DNA of 59,853 nt, filler included. It is 8 parts of 8 records of this genome, joined end to end, with 100 filler letters (N's around TTAATTAATTAA, not from the genome) between each part and the next. Parts side by side here need not be neighbours in the genome. Positions count along the whole stretch, not along the records: positions 38,560 to 44,129 come from SRR31156797_26974; positions 44,230 to 52,323 come from SRR31156797_26977; 6 more parts are not named here. One strand, 5' to 3'. Position numbers and translations under genes: made by a program. The stretch's first letter is position 1. Every line of letters starts with the position of its first letter. Under the pieces are notes generated by a model. That model ran no database searches. It saw only the letters and a list, made by a program, of their open reading frames with translations, and was not told the DNA's origin. Below, piece after piece: positions 38,928 through 49,211 of the stretch.

Positions 38928-39794
38928 TCAGGAACACGATGACTCGATTAACGCGTTGAGTTTAGCGACTTCATCGCTGCTCATGGAAATCCCATGTTCC
39001 TCAGCCGGATAAACACCTTTCGTTACGTCCTGAACATACGTAGCAAAGGCGTTCGTCAGGATGTCATGCACGTTTGCATATCGTTTGATCGATGTTGGTG
39101 GATGCCCGGCCGTATACCCCAGCATATCATGAAGGACGATGACATTGCCATCACAATAGGGTCCGGCAATGCAACCAATAACAGGAAGCGACGTTCGTTC
39201 GGTTATCATGCGGGCGACTTCCTGCGGGATCGCTTCCAGAAGCAGGGCTACAGCACCCGCTTCTTCCATGATCCGGGCATCTTCGATTAATGAAACCGCG
39301 TTTTCGGCTGTTTTACCCTGTGCTCTGTATCCCCCATACTGGTGTATCGATTGAGGACGAAGCCCGAGGTGGACCATGACTGGAATGCCGGTGGCAGAAA
39401 TCGCCCTGACGGTGTCCGCATACTGCCTGTCGCCTTCAAACTTGATGCAATCACATCCGGTTTCCGCCATCATGCGACCAGCGTTCCGGATCGAATCTTC
39501 TACACTGACCTGACACGTCAGGAAGGGCATATCGCCAATCAGAAATGCATTCGGAGCACCTCGACGAACAGCTTCCGTAATTGTAATCATCTGGTCAAGT
39601 GTCACCGGAAGTGTCGAAGGATGCCCGAGACAAACTTCGCCATAGGTATCGCCAGTTAAAATGACATCAACACCCGCTTCTGCCATCAGGACTGCGGTTG
39701 TGAAGTCATAGCAGGTAAGCATCGGGATGCGTCTGCCTTCTTTTTTCCAGTCCATCAGTGTTTTGATGGTGATTTTTGTCTTGTTCGTGGACAT
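38928..39794 (-). CDS. panB: 3-methyl-2-oxobutanoate hydroxymethyltransferase
   Basis: MLTCYD, TGDT, GDMPF, KFEG, HLGLRPQS, LVHDMLG-like motif. Confidence 0.9.
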   Translation of the reverse strand: MSTNKTKITIKTLMDWKKEGRRIPMLTCYDFTTAVLMAEAGVDVILTGDTYGEVCLGHPSTLPVTLDQMITITEAVRRGAPNAFLIGDMPFLTCQVSVEDSIRNAGRMMAETGCDCIKFEGDRQYADTVRAISATGIPVMVHLGLRPQSIHQYGGYRAQGKTAENAVSLIEDARIMEEAGAVALLLEAIPQEVARMITERTSLPVIGCIAGPYCDGNVIVLHDMLGYTAGHPPTSIKRYANVHDILTNAFATYVQDVTKGVYPAEEHGISMSSDEVAKLNALIESSCS

Positions 39795-40060
39795 AAGGGG
39801 CAGAGGATACGACTCCCGGGACCTTCCGGCAAGCCTGTTTATCGAAGTCTGATTGAACAACGCCTGTCAGCAGTGTTCAAAACAGCTTTTTCTGGAGTAT
39901 CAAAATTGTCTATTTTCTCCATTTCATCAGGTTTTCGCGTGTTATTGAAAGAATGATAAGCAGGTTCTGGAAAACTTTGTTCTACTCTTACAATTGCCTA
40001 CATCCTCAAGTGGACGTTCAGGTGGTTTGCAATTTGTTGGTGGAATACTAGCATGATGCC

Positions 40061-41560
40061 ATGACAAACAGACAGGAAGTATCCAATACAGATCTGATCT
40101 CCCGGGTCAGCCAGTTTGGTGGACAGCGGGTTTTACTGGTAGGGGATCTGATTCTCGATCGGTATATCTACGGTGACGCTGAGCGGATCAGTCCGGAAGC
40201 GCCGGTCCCGGTCTTGCGTGTCGTTGAGAAAAACCGGGCGGCAGGAGGCAGTGCGAATGTCGCAACCTGCCTGAAAGCACTCGATATCGAAGTGGTTTTG
40301 TGTGGAATCGTGGGCCAGGACATGTACGGCTCCCGGCTGATCGAACTGCTCGAAGAACTCCAGACCGACACGTCGGGGATCGTGCGGGTTGAAGATCGAC
40401 CGACAACTACGAAAACACGTCTGGTAGGTCTGGCACAACACCGTCACCGCCAGCAGTTGCTTCGCGTTGATGAGGAGATCGCCAAACCCCTGTCGGATGA
40501 AGATGCAACGCGCATTCAGAATGCTGCCATCAAAGCCGCTCAAACGTCCGACGTGATTTGTATTGAGGACTACCAGAAAGGGTTGATCGCTCCTGAACTG
40601 GTGAAGTCTCTTGTGGACATTGCGCAGGAACGGGATATTCCGGTTCTCGTCGATCCGGCTTTGATGTCGGATTATTCCCTCTATCGTGGCGCTACTCTCC
40701 TGACACCCAACCGGAATGAACTCTCTGTAGCAACTGGGCAACGGTGTGATTCAACCGAGGTCGCAGCGGATGTCGCGGAAGAGCTTCGCAAAGAACTGGG
40801 CTGCAAGGCGATTGCGGTTACGCTGGATCGCGACGGTGCTGTACTGGTCAGCGAAGGGGATGGCGCTGAGCATATCCCCACCCGTCCTCGCAGTGTCTAT
40901 GACAATACCGGAGCGGGTGACGCAGTACTTGCAATGCTTGCATCAGCCATCGCCGCGGGTGCGGAGATGGCCGAAGCCGTTCAGCTGGCGAACATCGCTG
41001 GTGGTCTGGAAGTCGAAAAGTTCGGATGCGTTCCGGTTACGAAGGAAGAAGTGCTTGCAGAACTCCGCCTTGAAGCGGACCGGAAAGCCGGCAAGCTACG
41101 AGGTGTTGAAGAACTTGTCGCAGAGCTGGAGCTCCGCAGGAGCCGTGGAGAAACGGTAGTCTTTACGAACGGCTGTTTTGACCTGATTCACGCAGGGCAC
41201 GTGGACTATCTTTCGCGAGCCCGTCAACTGGGTTCAATGCTCGTCATCGGTTTAAACAGTGATGATTCCGTTCGTGCCCAGAATAAAGCAACCAATCGTC
41301 CGATCTGCAATCAGCAGGAACGGGCACGCGTGCTCGGTGCATTGGAATGCGTTGATTACGTGGTCGTATTCGAAGATCCGGATCCCGACCGGATTGTCCG
41401 CCAGGTCAAGCCGGACATCCTGGTGAAAGGGGAGGACTGGGCTGAGAAAGGCGTCATCGGTCGCGAGTTCGTTGAATCCCGAGGCGGGAAAGTCGTGCTG
41501 CTGCCCCTGGTCAAAGGACTCAGTACCACCGAATTGATTCGAAGAATCAATTCGGAATGA
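40061..41560 (+). CDS. hldE: Bifunctional heptose-7-phosphate kinase / heptose-1-phosphate adenylyltransferase
   Basis: GDLILDRY...RISPEAPVPV, DNTGAGD (kinase); FTNGCFDLIHAGH, GLNSDDSV, LVKGEDW (transferase). Confidence 0.95.
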   Translation: MTNRQEVSNTDLISRVSQFGGQRVLLVGDLILDRYIYGDAERISPEAPVPVLRVVEKNRAAGGSANVATCLKALDIEVVLCGIVGQDMYGSRLIELLEELQTDTSGIVRVEDRPTTTKTRLVGLAQHRHRQQLLRVDEEIAKPLSDEDATRIQNAAIKAAQTSDVICIEDYQKGLIAPELVKSLVDIAQERDIPVLVDPALMSDYSLYRGATLLTPNRNELSVATGQRCDSTEVAADVAEELRKELGCKAIAVTLDRDGAVLVSEGDGAEHIPTRPRSVYDNTGAGDAVLAMLASAIAAGAEMAEAVQLANIAGGLEVEKFGCVPVTKEEVLAELRLEADRKAGKLRGVEELVAELELRRSRGETVVFTNGCFDLIHAGHVDYLSRARQLGSMLVIGLNSDDSVRAQNKATNRPICNQQERARVLGALECVDYVVVFEDPDPDRIVRQVKPDILVKGEDWAEKGVIGREFVESRGGKVVLLPLVKGLSTTELIRRINSE

Positions 41561-41697
41561 AGATTGGAAAACGGGTACTGCGACAGGTTCGTTTTGGAGA
41601 GCGTTAGAAACGAACTTCAACAAACACACGAACTTCACTGACGTACGAATTGCAGCGTCACCTCATCCGTCCTTTTCGCGGTACCAGTTTCTGTTTC

Positions 41698-42717
41698 TTA
41701 TGCTACCGCTTCTGTCATTGTCGGAGTTGCTTGGATGATTTCCTTCAGGACTTCATCTGTCGAAATCCCTTCCGCTTCACCTTCGAAGTTCAGCAGGACG
41801 CGGTGACGCATTGCCGGCAGGAACACCTTTTGAATATCCGAGAAACTGGCGTTATAGCGTCCGTCGAGCATGGCCTGCAGTTTGGCTCCGAGAGTAATCG
41901 CCTGGGCGGCACGCGGACTGGCTCCCCAGCGGACGTACTTGTTCGTGACGCCAACGGCGTACTGGCCTTCCGGGTGTGTGGCCAGGGTCAGCCGGATCGC
42001 ATAGTCCTGAACATGCGGCGCCATGATGATGCGGCGAACGAGATTCTGTGAGCCGAGAATCTCCGGTCCATTCATGACCGGCTTTATGTCAGGTTTATAT
42101 CCAGTCGTCGTGCGATCGAGGATGGTCTTGAGTTCATCTTTGCTGGAGTAGGGCACGGTCAGCTTGTAGAGAAAACGGTCGAGCTGTGCTTCCGGCAGGG
42201 GATAGGTCCCTTCCTGCTCGATGGGGTTCTGTGTTGCCATCACGAAGAACGGCTCTTCCAGTTTGAAGTGTGTTCCCGCTGCCGTGATGGAATGTTCCTG
42301 CATCGCTTCCAGCATGGCTGATTGCGTCTTTGGGGTCGCACGGTTGATTTCGTCTGCCAGGATGATCTGTGCGAACAGGGGGCCTTTCTGGAACTGGAAC
42401 TCGCGTGTACCTGTCGTGGGGTCTTCGGAGATGATATTGGTACCGATGATGTCGGCTGGCATCAAGTCTGGCGTGAACTGGATTCGGGAGAAATCCAGGT
42501 GGACTGCCTCCGAAAGGGTACGAATCAGGTACGTTTTGCCCAGGCCAGGAACACCTTCCAGCAGCGTATGCCCTCCGACCATCAGGCAGGTCAGAACACC
42601 TTCCACGATGTCATCATGTCCGACGAACGCCTTGCCGATCTCCCGGCGGAGCATGTCGAACTTGTTCTGGAATTCCTTGATCGCCTTTTCGACGGCGGGA
42701 TCAACCTTGTCTGCCAT
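41698..42717 (-). CDS. MoxR family AAA+ ATPase
   Basis: LEGVPGLGKT, RIQFTPDLMPADI, DEINRA, ATQNPIEQEGTYPLPEAQLDRF. Confidence 0.95.
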   Translation of the reverse strand: MADKVDPAVEKAIKEFQNKFDMLRREIGKAFVGHDDIVEGVLTCLMVGGHTLLEGVPGLGKTYLIRTLSEAVHLDFSRIQFTPDLMPADIIGTNIISEDPTTGTREFQFQKGPLFAQIILADEINRATPKTQSAMLEAMQEHSITAAGTHFKLEEPFFVMATQNPIEQEGTYPLPEAQLDRFLYKLTVPYSSKDELKTILDRTTTGYKPDIKPVMNGPEILGSQNLVRRIIMAPHVQDYAIRLTLATHPEGQYAVGVTNKYVRWGASPRAAQAITLGAKLQAMLDGRYNASFSDIQKVFLPAMRHRVLLNFEGEAEGISTDEVLKEIIQATPTMTEAVA

Positions 42718-42762
42718 GATTCAACTCCTTCACGTAGATGCAAACGCCGGTTAACGGATTCA

Positions 42763-44129
42763 TCATCCTCCAGCGTGTTCGTCTTTTTCGTCGTTCATAT
42801 CTTTGCGTGCCCGACGCTTGGCTTTCAACAGCCGGGAAGTCACGTCTTCGCTCTTTTCTTCGTCCTGTTTGTCGCCGGGAGCAGGGGGGCGACGCTTTTC
42901 CTTGAATTCTTCCTGGACCCTGGCTCCACCGAGAGCTGAATGAATATCTCCAACAGGTCCTTCTTCCGCCTGATCACCTGCATCAAATCGTACAGCCTTG
43001 CTCGGGGCCTCTGATTCTTCGGTATTCAATACGGTTCCCGGTGCATCCTTTCGTGTTGTTGTTCGTTCGGTCCGGACTTTGTCTTTGGTTTCCTTCAGTT
43101 GACCGAGAGAAGCAGTGCTCCTGTCTCCGGTCTGTCCGAGGACCGTCACCGTGTGCGTAATTGACTGGAACATCGGGATGATGTACCGGAATCGAATGAT
43201 CCATCCAACACATTCAGCCAGCAGGATCGAACCAATGATCGCAATCGTCCCCTGGTAAATCGTTCCGACGCCAAACAGCAGGACCACCAGCAGGATCACC
43301 TCAGCAAACAGCGAGAATGCCAGCCAGTTCGCAAGCCTCCTGACCGCGACATCCAGCAGGAACAGCGGCAGCAGAATCCATGCAAGCACCCAGTCCCAGA
43401 CAGGCTTGCTTGACGTGCTGGGCGGAAGATCATGGGAAAATACATTCGCCAGTTTCGGGTTATCGATATCTTCGATCCACCGTCCGTCCGTGATCTCCTG
43501 GATCTGACGCAGCAGGGCTTCATTCGTGGACAACTCACGGTATTCAGGAGAATAGGGTACTGAGAGCCCTGTATGGATCGCACCGAGATTCTCTTCCCCG
43601 TCGATGATGTTCATGTTCGCGATATACTGCCCCGCCTGATCGATCTCGAAGGTGCCTTCGTAGTGTCCGGGGCCAGTCTGCGAGAACGTGACCGGCACGA
43701 CCGTCTGATCGGGCTTGATGATTCCACCGGGAAGGCGCAGGTGATCGAGGTACCCTGCATCTTCATCCAGTGCTTCGATGATGATTCGCCCCTGGTTGCC
43801 TTCCATCCGTGTGAAGACATCGAAGTTCGCAGGAGCATCCTGCTTGAGCGACCAGCGGACAATCTGTGCCCACAGCTTGGAGAAATTTTCCCACTGCACC
43901 CAGTCGCCACCCCAGCGAGGCCACATCCCGCTTGTGAATGCAACCGCTTTGCCCAGTTCATATTGCCAGTGAGCCAGCACTGGATCATTGCCTTCTTTGG
44001 TCGGGCGGATCAACGGTGTTACGGCAAGTGACTTGGGTGATGTCAGTACCATTCCACGAAGAGGAGGCAGAGTGTCTCCCGCATAGATGCCTGCCAGTAG
44101 TTCATCATGAGCATAGGCAATCTGGGGAC
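42763..44129 (-). CDS. Membrane protein, C-terminal part (likely VWA/glutamine-amidotransferase-like MoxR partner), 5'-truncated
   Basis: DPVLAHWQYELGKAVAFTS, YSPEY, C-terminal TM segments (LFLLDVAVRR). Directly upstream of moxR. Confidence 0.65.
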
Positions 44130-44229
44130 NNNNNNNNNNNNNNNNNNNNNNNNNNNNNNNNNNNNNNNNNNNNTTAATTAATTAANNNNNNNNNNNNNNN
44201 NNNNNNNNNNNNNNNNNNNNNNNNNNNNN
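44130..44229. other. Artificial contig linker
   Basis: N44-TTAATTAATTAA-N44. Confidence 0.98.
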
Positions 44230-44253
44230 AAACGACCGCAATACGGTTTGTAA

Positions 44254-44949
44254 TTGGCCCGCCTCGGAATCATTACGGGTCTTCTCAATGAGGCACGGGT
44301 TCTTGGCGCACGGCAAACCGAAAACGATCACCGCATTTGCGTTGCCGGGGCCAACTCCGAAAGGGCCGCCGTCCTTGCCGAACAATCGATAACCCAGGGC
44401 GTTGACGGCCTCATCAGCTTCGGGTTGGCGGGCGGGCTCGATCCGGCCCTGTCCTGCGGCGATATCGTGTTGCCGCAAACGATCGTCCTCGACGATCGGC
44501 AATGGCCCACGAACGGACCCTGGCGCCAGATCTTTTCGGATTTATTGTCTGACCGCTTCACGGTTCGTGCAGGGGCGATCGCCGGATCCGGTGAAATGCT
44601 ATCGAACCCGGACGAAAAGCACCGTTTGTTCAAAAATACCGGCGCCGTCGCCGTCGACATGGAAAGCCACGCGATCGCCGCTGTTGCGGCCGCTCACGAC
44701 ATTCCTTTCATCGCGGTTCGAATTGTTGCCGATCCGGGCAATCAATCGGTGCCCGCATGGCTGGCCAATGTGATAGACGACAACGGAGAAACGAAATACG
44801 CGGCCGTGTTTTTCGGAATGATCTCGCACCCCTTCGACCTGCCGGACCTGATCCGGCTGGCCCGATACAACCGAAAATCCGTGGGTGTGCTAGGCCGCGT
44901 TGCTCTTGTCGCCGGGATCGATTTCGGGTTCGGCCAACCCGGCGGTTAG
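44254..44949 (+). CDS. hpnG: Hopanoid-associated nucleoside phosphorylase
   Basis: LGIITGL..EA, ISFGLAGGLDP, AVDMES, RIVAD. Hopanoid gene context. Confidence 0.82.
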   Translation: MARLGIITGLLNEARVLGARQTENDHRICVAGANSERAAVLAEQSITQGVDGLISFGLAGGLDPALSCGDIVLPQTIVLDDRQWPTNGPWRQIFSDLLSDRFTVRAGAIAGSGEMLSNPDEKHRLFKNTGAVAVDMESHAIAAVAAAHDIPFIAVRIVADPGNQSVPAWLANVIDDNGETKYAAVFFGMISHPFDLPDLIRLARYNRKSVGVLGRVALVAGIDFGFGQPGG

Positions 44950-46026
44950 CGATTCGAACACGAACTCTGCCGGCCGCTGTTTTTCCAGGGGAATCTCTGG
45001 AACCATCGGCTTTTGCGTATCGACGCCCTTCAAGGCAACCTTGAGCGCCTTTAGGGGGTGCGTGACGGTATCGGCCACAGCCGTCGGTTCATAACCGCAA
45101 TGGACCATGCAATCGGCGCATTTTTCGTAGTTGCCGGTGCCGTATTGGTCCCAGTCGGTTTCTTCCATCAGGGCCTTGAAGGTGGGCGCGAAACCTTCGC
45201 CCAAAAGATAGCAGGGCCGCTGCCAGCCGAAGATATTGCGGGTCGGGTTGCCCCAGGGCTTGCACCGGTATTCCTGATTGCCGGCCAGGAAATCCAGATA
45301 CAGGCTGGATTGATTGAAACGCCACTTCTTGCCGTCGCCAAGGCGGAACAACGCGCGGAAGAACTCCTTGGTCCGGGTCCGGTTCATGAAGTGCTCCTGC
45401 GCCGGCGCCCGCTCGTAGGCATAGCCGGGGGCCACGGTGGTGCCTTCGACATCCAGGTCGTCGGTAACGAAACTGAGGAAATCCGCGATATTTTCCGGGT
45501 CGGCATAGTCGAACAAGGTGCAGTTGACCGTCACCCTGAACCCTTTTTCCCGGGCTGCGCGGATGGCCGAAACCGCCCGGTCGAAGACGCCTTCCTGGCA
45601 AACGGCGCGATCGTGGTGTTCGCGATCGCCATCCAGGTGAATCGAGAAGGTCAGGTACGGGCTGGGCTTGAAGCGATCCAGGCGCTTTTCCAGCAGCAGT
45701 GCGTTGGTGCACAGATAGACGAACCGTTTCTGCGCGATCAACCCCTCGACGATTTCGACGATTTCCTTGTGAAGAAGCGGTTCGCCGCCGGGAATGGAAA
45801 CGATCGGCGCGCCGCATTCCTCGGCCGCGTCCAGGCATTCCTTGGCGCTCAGGCGGCGATTCAGGATCTTGTCCGGATAATCGATCTTGCCGCATCCGGC
45901 ACAGGCCAGGTTGCATCGGAACAGGGGTTCCAGCATCAGAACCAGCGGATAGCGGTGATTGCCGCGCAGTTTCTGGCCAAGGATATAAGCGCCGACGCGA
46001 ATCTGCTGAATTAGGGGAACAGCCAC
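44890..46026 (-). CDS. hpnH: Adenosyl-hopene transferase (radical SAM)
   Basis: YPLVLMLEPLFRCNLACAGCGKIDYP, PGGEPL, CADCMVHCGYE. Confidence 0.95.
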   Translation of the reverse strand: MAVPLIQQIRVGAYILGQKLRGNHRYPLVLMLEPLFRCNLACAGCGKIDYPDKILNRRLSAKECLDAAEECGAPIVSIPGGEPLLHKEIVEIVEGLIAQKRFVYLCTNALLLEKRLDRFKPSPYLTFSIHLDGDREHHDRAVCQEGVFDRAVSAIRAAREKGFRVTVNCTLFDYADPENIADFLSFVTDDLDVEGTTVAPGYAYERAPAQEHFMNRTRTKEFFRALFRLGDGKKWRFNQSSLYLDFLAGNQEYRCKPWGNPTRNIFGWQRPCYLLGEGFAPTFKALMEETDWDQYGTGNYEKCADCMVHCGYEPTAVADTVTHPLKALKVALKGVDTQKPMVPEIPLEKQRPAEFVFESLTAGLAEPEIDPGDKSNAA

Positions 46027-46042
46027 TAAATCCGATCTCCGA

Positions 46043-47014
46043 TCAGTTTCCCCGCCCGATCTGCCGGGCCACCTCTTCGAGGCTGTGCGGGAGTTTGAAG
46101 TGCATGCTTTCCTCGATGTCGCCGACCTGTTCGACAGAAACTTTTCCGAAATCGCCCAATCGGTGAATTAGGTCGAGGACCAGTTCCTCCGGCGCCGAAG
46201 CGCCGGCCGTGATGCCGACGGTATTGACGCCGTTCATCCATTCGGGATCGAGGCCTTCGGCATCATCGATCAAATAGCTGGGAATTCCCATGTCGCCGCC
46301 GATCTCGCGAAGGCGGTTGGAATTGGAACTGTTCTGGGCGCCGACGACGAGCAGGATGTCGGCCATGTCGACGAGCTGCCGAACCGCCGTCTGGCGGTTT
46401 TGCGTGGCATAGCAGATATCCTTGACGTCCGGGCCCTTGATCTTCGGAAAACGCTCCTTCAAGGCCGAGATGATATCCCGGGTCTCGTCGACGGACAGGG
46501 TCGTTTGCGTCACGTAGGCGACCTCGTCCGGATTCTGCACCTTCAGATCTGCGACCTCGTCGGGCGATCCGATCAGGTGGACGCCGCCGGGAATGCGACC
46601 CTGCGTGCCTTCGACCTCGGGGTGGCCGGCATGGCCGATCAGGATGACCTCGCGACCGTATTTCGAATGGTTCTGCCCTTCCTTGTGAACCTTCGACACC
46701 AGCGGGCAGGTGGCGTCGATTACCGGCAGGTCGCGCCGGTTGGCCTCTTTCTGCACGGCTTCGGAAACGCCGTGGGCGCTGAAAACGGTGACGGCGCCGT
46801 CCGGGACATCGGTCAATTCCTCGACGAAAACCGCCCCCTTGGCTCTAAGGGATTGAACGACGTGGCGATTGTGAACGATTTCGTGCCGGACATAGACCGG
46901 CGGCCCGAACATCTCGAGAGCCCGCTCGACAATCTCGATGGCCCGCTCCACACCGGCGCAAAAACCCCGGGGTTGAGCCAGCAACACCCTCAAATTCCTG
47001 TCTTTCGTATTCAA
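46043..47014 (-). CDS. ispH: 4-hydroxy-3-methylbut-2-enyl diphosphate reductase; start approximate
   Basis: [48 protein letters not shown]. Confidence 0.96.
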   Translation of the reverse strand: MNTKDRNLRVLLAQPRGFCAGVERAIEIVERALEMFGPPVYVRHEIVHNRHVVQSLRAKGAVFVEELTDVPDGAVTVFSAHGVSEAVQKEANRRDLPVIDATCPLVSKVHKEGQNHSKYGREVILIGHAGHPEVEGTQGRIPGGVHLIGSPDEVADLKVQNPDEVAYVTQTTLSVDETRDIISALKERFPKIKGPDVKDICYATQNRQTAVRQLVDMADILLVVGAQNSSNSNRLREIGGDMGIPSYLIDDAEGLDPEWMNGVNTVGITAGASAPEELVLDLIHRLGDFGKVSVEQVGDIEESMHFKLPHSLEEVARQIGRGN

Positions 47015-47217
47015 TTTCCTAAGGTCCCCACGGGTTCGTTTTATGCAAGGCGAAGGGTTCTGCCTCGGTCTTCTGGAAAATAAGGATGAACCGCCGCGAA
47101 TTGAAGGGAATTCGGTGCCGTTTCGCCCGGCCGGCCGAAGTAGCAACAAATTGGCTGTGGAACTTCCGGGTTGTTATACTCCGGCCGCAATCGATCCACT
47201 CACTGGAATGACATCGG

Positions 47218-48210
47218 ATGAAGGTACTGGTAACGGGCGCCACGGGGTTCGTCGGATCGGCGGTGGCGAGGGCCGCGCTGGCGCGCGGCCACGACGTCCG
47301 TGCCCTTGTTCGCGCCGGCGGCGACCGGCGAAATATGGATGGACTTGACGCCGAAACCGTCGAAGGCGACCTCAACGATGCCAGCAGTCTGGTTGCGGCC
47401 TGCCGCGGCTGCGACGGCCTGTTCCACGTCGCCGCCGATTACCGCCTGTGGACCCGCGACGCCGATGCGATGATGCGCACCAACGTCGAGGGCACAATCA
47501 ACCTTATGAAATCGGCCGTCGATGCCGGAATTTCACGCATCGTCTATACCAGCAGCGTCGCCACCCTGGGCCTGAACGCCGACGGCACCCCGGCGGACGA
47601 AGAAACATCCGTGTCCCTTGCCGGCATGATCGGGCCTTACAAGAAATCGAAATTCCTGGCCGAACAGGCTGTCCGCGATCTTACGGCCGAAACCGGCGCC
47701 CCCATCGTCACCGTCAACCCATCGACGCCGATCGGCCCGCGGGACATCAAGCCGACGCCGACCGGGCGACTGGTGGTCGAGGCGGCGACCGGAAAAATGC
47801 CGGCCTACGTCGATACCGGCCTCAATATCGTTCATGTCGACGATGTCGCCGCCGGACATCTGCTCGCCTTCGAAAAAGGCGCGGTCGGGCAGCGCTACGT
47901 TCTCGGTGGCGAAAACCTGAGCCTGCAGGCGATATTGACGGAAATCGCCGGCCTTACGGGCCGCCGGCCGCCGCGTTTTCGTATCCCGCACGACCTGATC
48001 ATGCCGATCGCCTGTATGGCCGAGGCCTGGACCCGCATGACCGGCGGCGCCGAACCCTTCGTCACGATCGACGGCGTCCGCATGGCAAGGAAAAAAATGT
48101 TCTTTTCCAGCGAAAAGGCGAAAAAGGACCTCGGCTATTCGCACCGGCCGGCCATCGATGCGATAAAAGACGCCCTTTCCTGGTTTCGAGAGAACGGTTA
48201 TCTGACCTGA
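47218..48210 (+). CDS. hpnA: Hopanoid-associated sugar epimerase / NAD-dependent dehydratase
   Basis: VTGATGFVG, FHVAADYRLW, YKKSK, IGPRDIKPTPTG. Confidence 0.9.
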   Translation: MKVLVTGATGFVGSAVARAALARGHDVRALVRAGGDRRNMDGLDAETVEGDLNDASSLVAACRGCDGLFHVAADYRLWTRDADAMMRTNVEGTINLMKSAVDAGISRIVYTSSVATLGLNADGTPADEETSVSLAGMIGPYKKSKFLAEQAVRDLTAETGAPIVTVNPSTPIGPRDIKPTPTGRLVVEAATGKMPAYVDTGLNIVHVDDVAAGHLLAFEKGAVGQRYVLGGENLSLQAILTEIAGLTGRRPPRFRIPHDLIMPIACMAEAWTRMTGGAEPFVTIDGVRMARKKMFFSSEKAKKDLGYSHRPAIDAIKDALSWFRENGYLT

Positions 48211-49211
48211 TGGCATCGCCGACATTGCATACGGGATGGAAGCTGGCCGCCTTCGCCATCGGGGCGGCAATCCTTGGATTCCTGATCCACTCGGTCGATT
48301 TCGGTGCCGTTGTCGACGGCATTCTCGGTATCGGCTGGGGAATTGCCGCAATCGTCGCCTACCGCTTCGTCAACCTGCATCTCGATGCATTGGGATGGTT
48401 CCGCCTGATCGCAAAACCGGCGAATGTCGGGCAGGGGCCGGTTTTCCTGTTCCGCTGGATCGGCGAATCGGTCAACCAGTTGTTGCCGGCCGCACAGGTC
48501 GGCGGCGAGGTGGTGCGCGCCCGGTTGCTGTCCCGGCACGGGTACCCGGCAATTGTCTCGGCGGCTTCGGTGATCGTCGATTTCACCATGGGGCTGGCCT
48601 CGCAGTTCGTTTTCACCGTGATCGGGGCGGGCCTTCTGATTGCGCACGCCGGCACCGACGGGCAGGCCGAACTGGTCGGATTTACCGTCCTGGCGATGGC
48701 GCTGATCGTTATCGCGGTCTATGCGGTGCAACGCTTAGGGGGATTTGCCGGCACGGCGCGATTGCTGCGCTCGGCCGCGCTGGGGCGGAAACTGGCCGGT
48801 TTTGCCGACGACATGGAAGCCTTGGACGGCGACGTCCGCGCGCTCTATGCCCGCCGAAACGATGTCCTTGTTTGCGGCTTCTGGCGGTTCGTTTCGTGGA
48901 TGGCGCATGTTATTGAGGTCTGGCTGATTTTCTGGTTCCTGGACAATCCGATCGGCTGGGGCGAAGCCCTGGTCCTGGAAAGCCTCGGCGCCGCCGTTCG
49001 TTCCGTCGCCTTCGCCATTCCCGGCGCCATCGGCGTGCAGGAAGGCGGCCTGATCCTGATCGGCCTGGCGCTCGGCATTGGGGCCGAACAGACCCTGGCC
49101 ATGGCCCTGGTCAAACGGGCCCGGGAAATCCTGGTCGCCGGACCCGGCTTGATCGCCTGGTGGCTGGCCGAACGCCGCCCCGTCCGCGCCGTCGGGGATG
49201 GCCCGTCATGA
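48210..49211 (+). CDS. Flippase-like membrane protein (lysylphosphatidylglycerol synthase TM domain, HpnL-like)
   Basis: RWIGESVNQLLPAAQVGGE, IPGAIGVQEGG, LVKRAREI. Translationally coupled to hpnA. Confidence 0.8.
   Translation: MASPTLHTGWKLAAFAIGAAILGFLIHSVDFGAVVDGILGIGWGIAAIVAYRFVNLHLDALGWFRLIAKPANVGQGPVFLFRWIGESVNQLLPAAQVGGEVVRARLLSRHGYPAIVSAASVIVDFTMGLASQFVFTVIGAGLLIAHAGTDGQAELVGFTVLAMALIVIAVYAVQRLGGFAGTARLLRSAALGRKLAGFADDMEALDGDVRALYARRNDVLVCGFWRFVSWMAHVIEVWLIFWFLDNPIGWGEALVLESLGAAVRSVAFAIPGAIGVQEGGLILIGLALGIGAEQTLAMALVKRAREILVAGPGLIAWWLAERRPVRAVGDGPS

Noticed and set aside
16552-39794. panD and panB in the same window, suggesting a pantothenate cluster
   Set aside because: They lie on different contigs with different composition and apparent phyla, so the co-occurrence is an artefact of concatenation.
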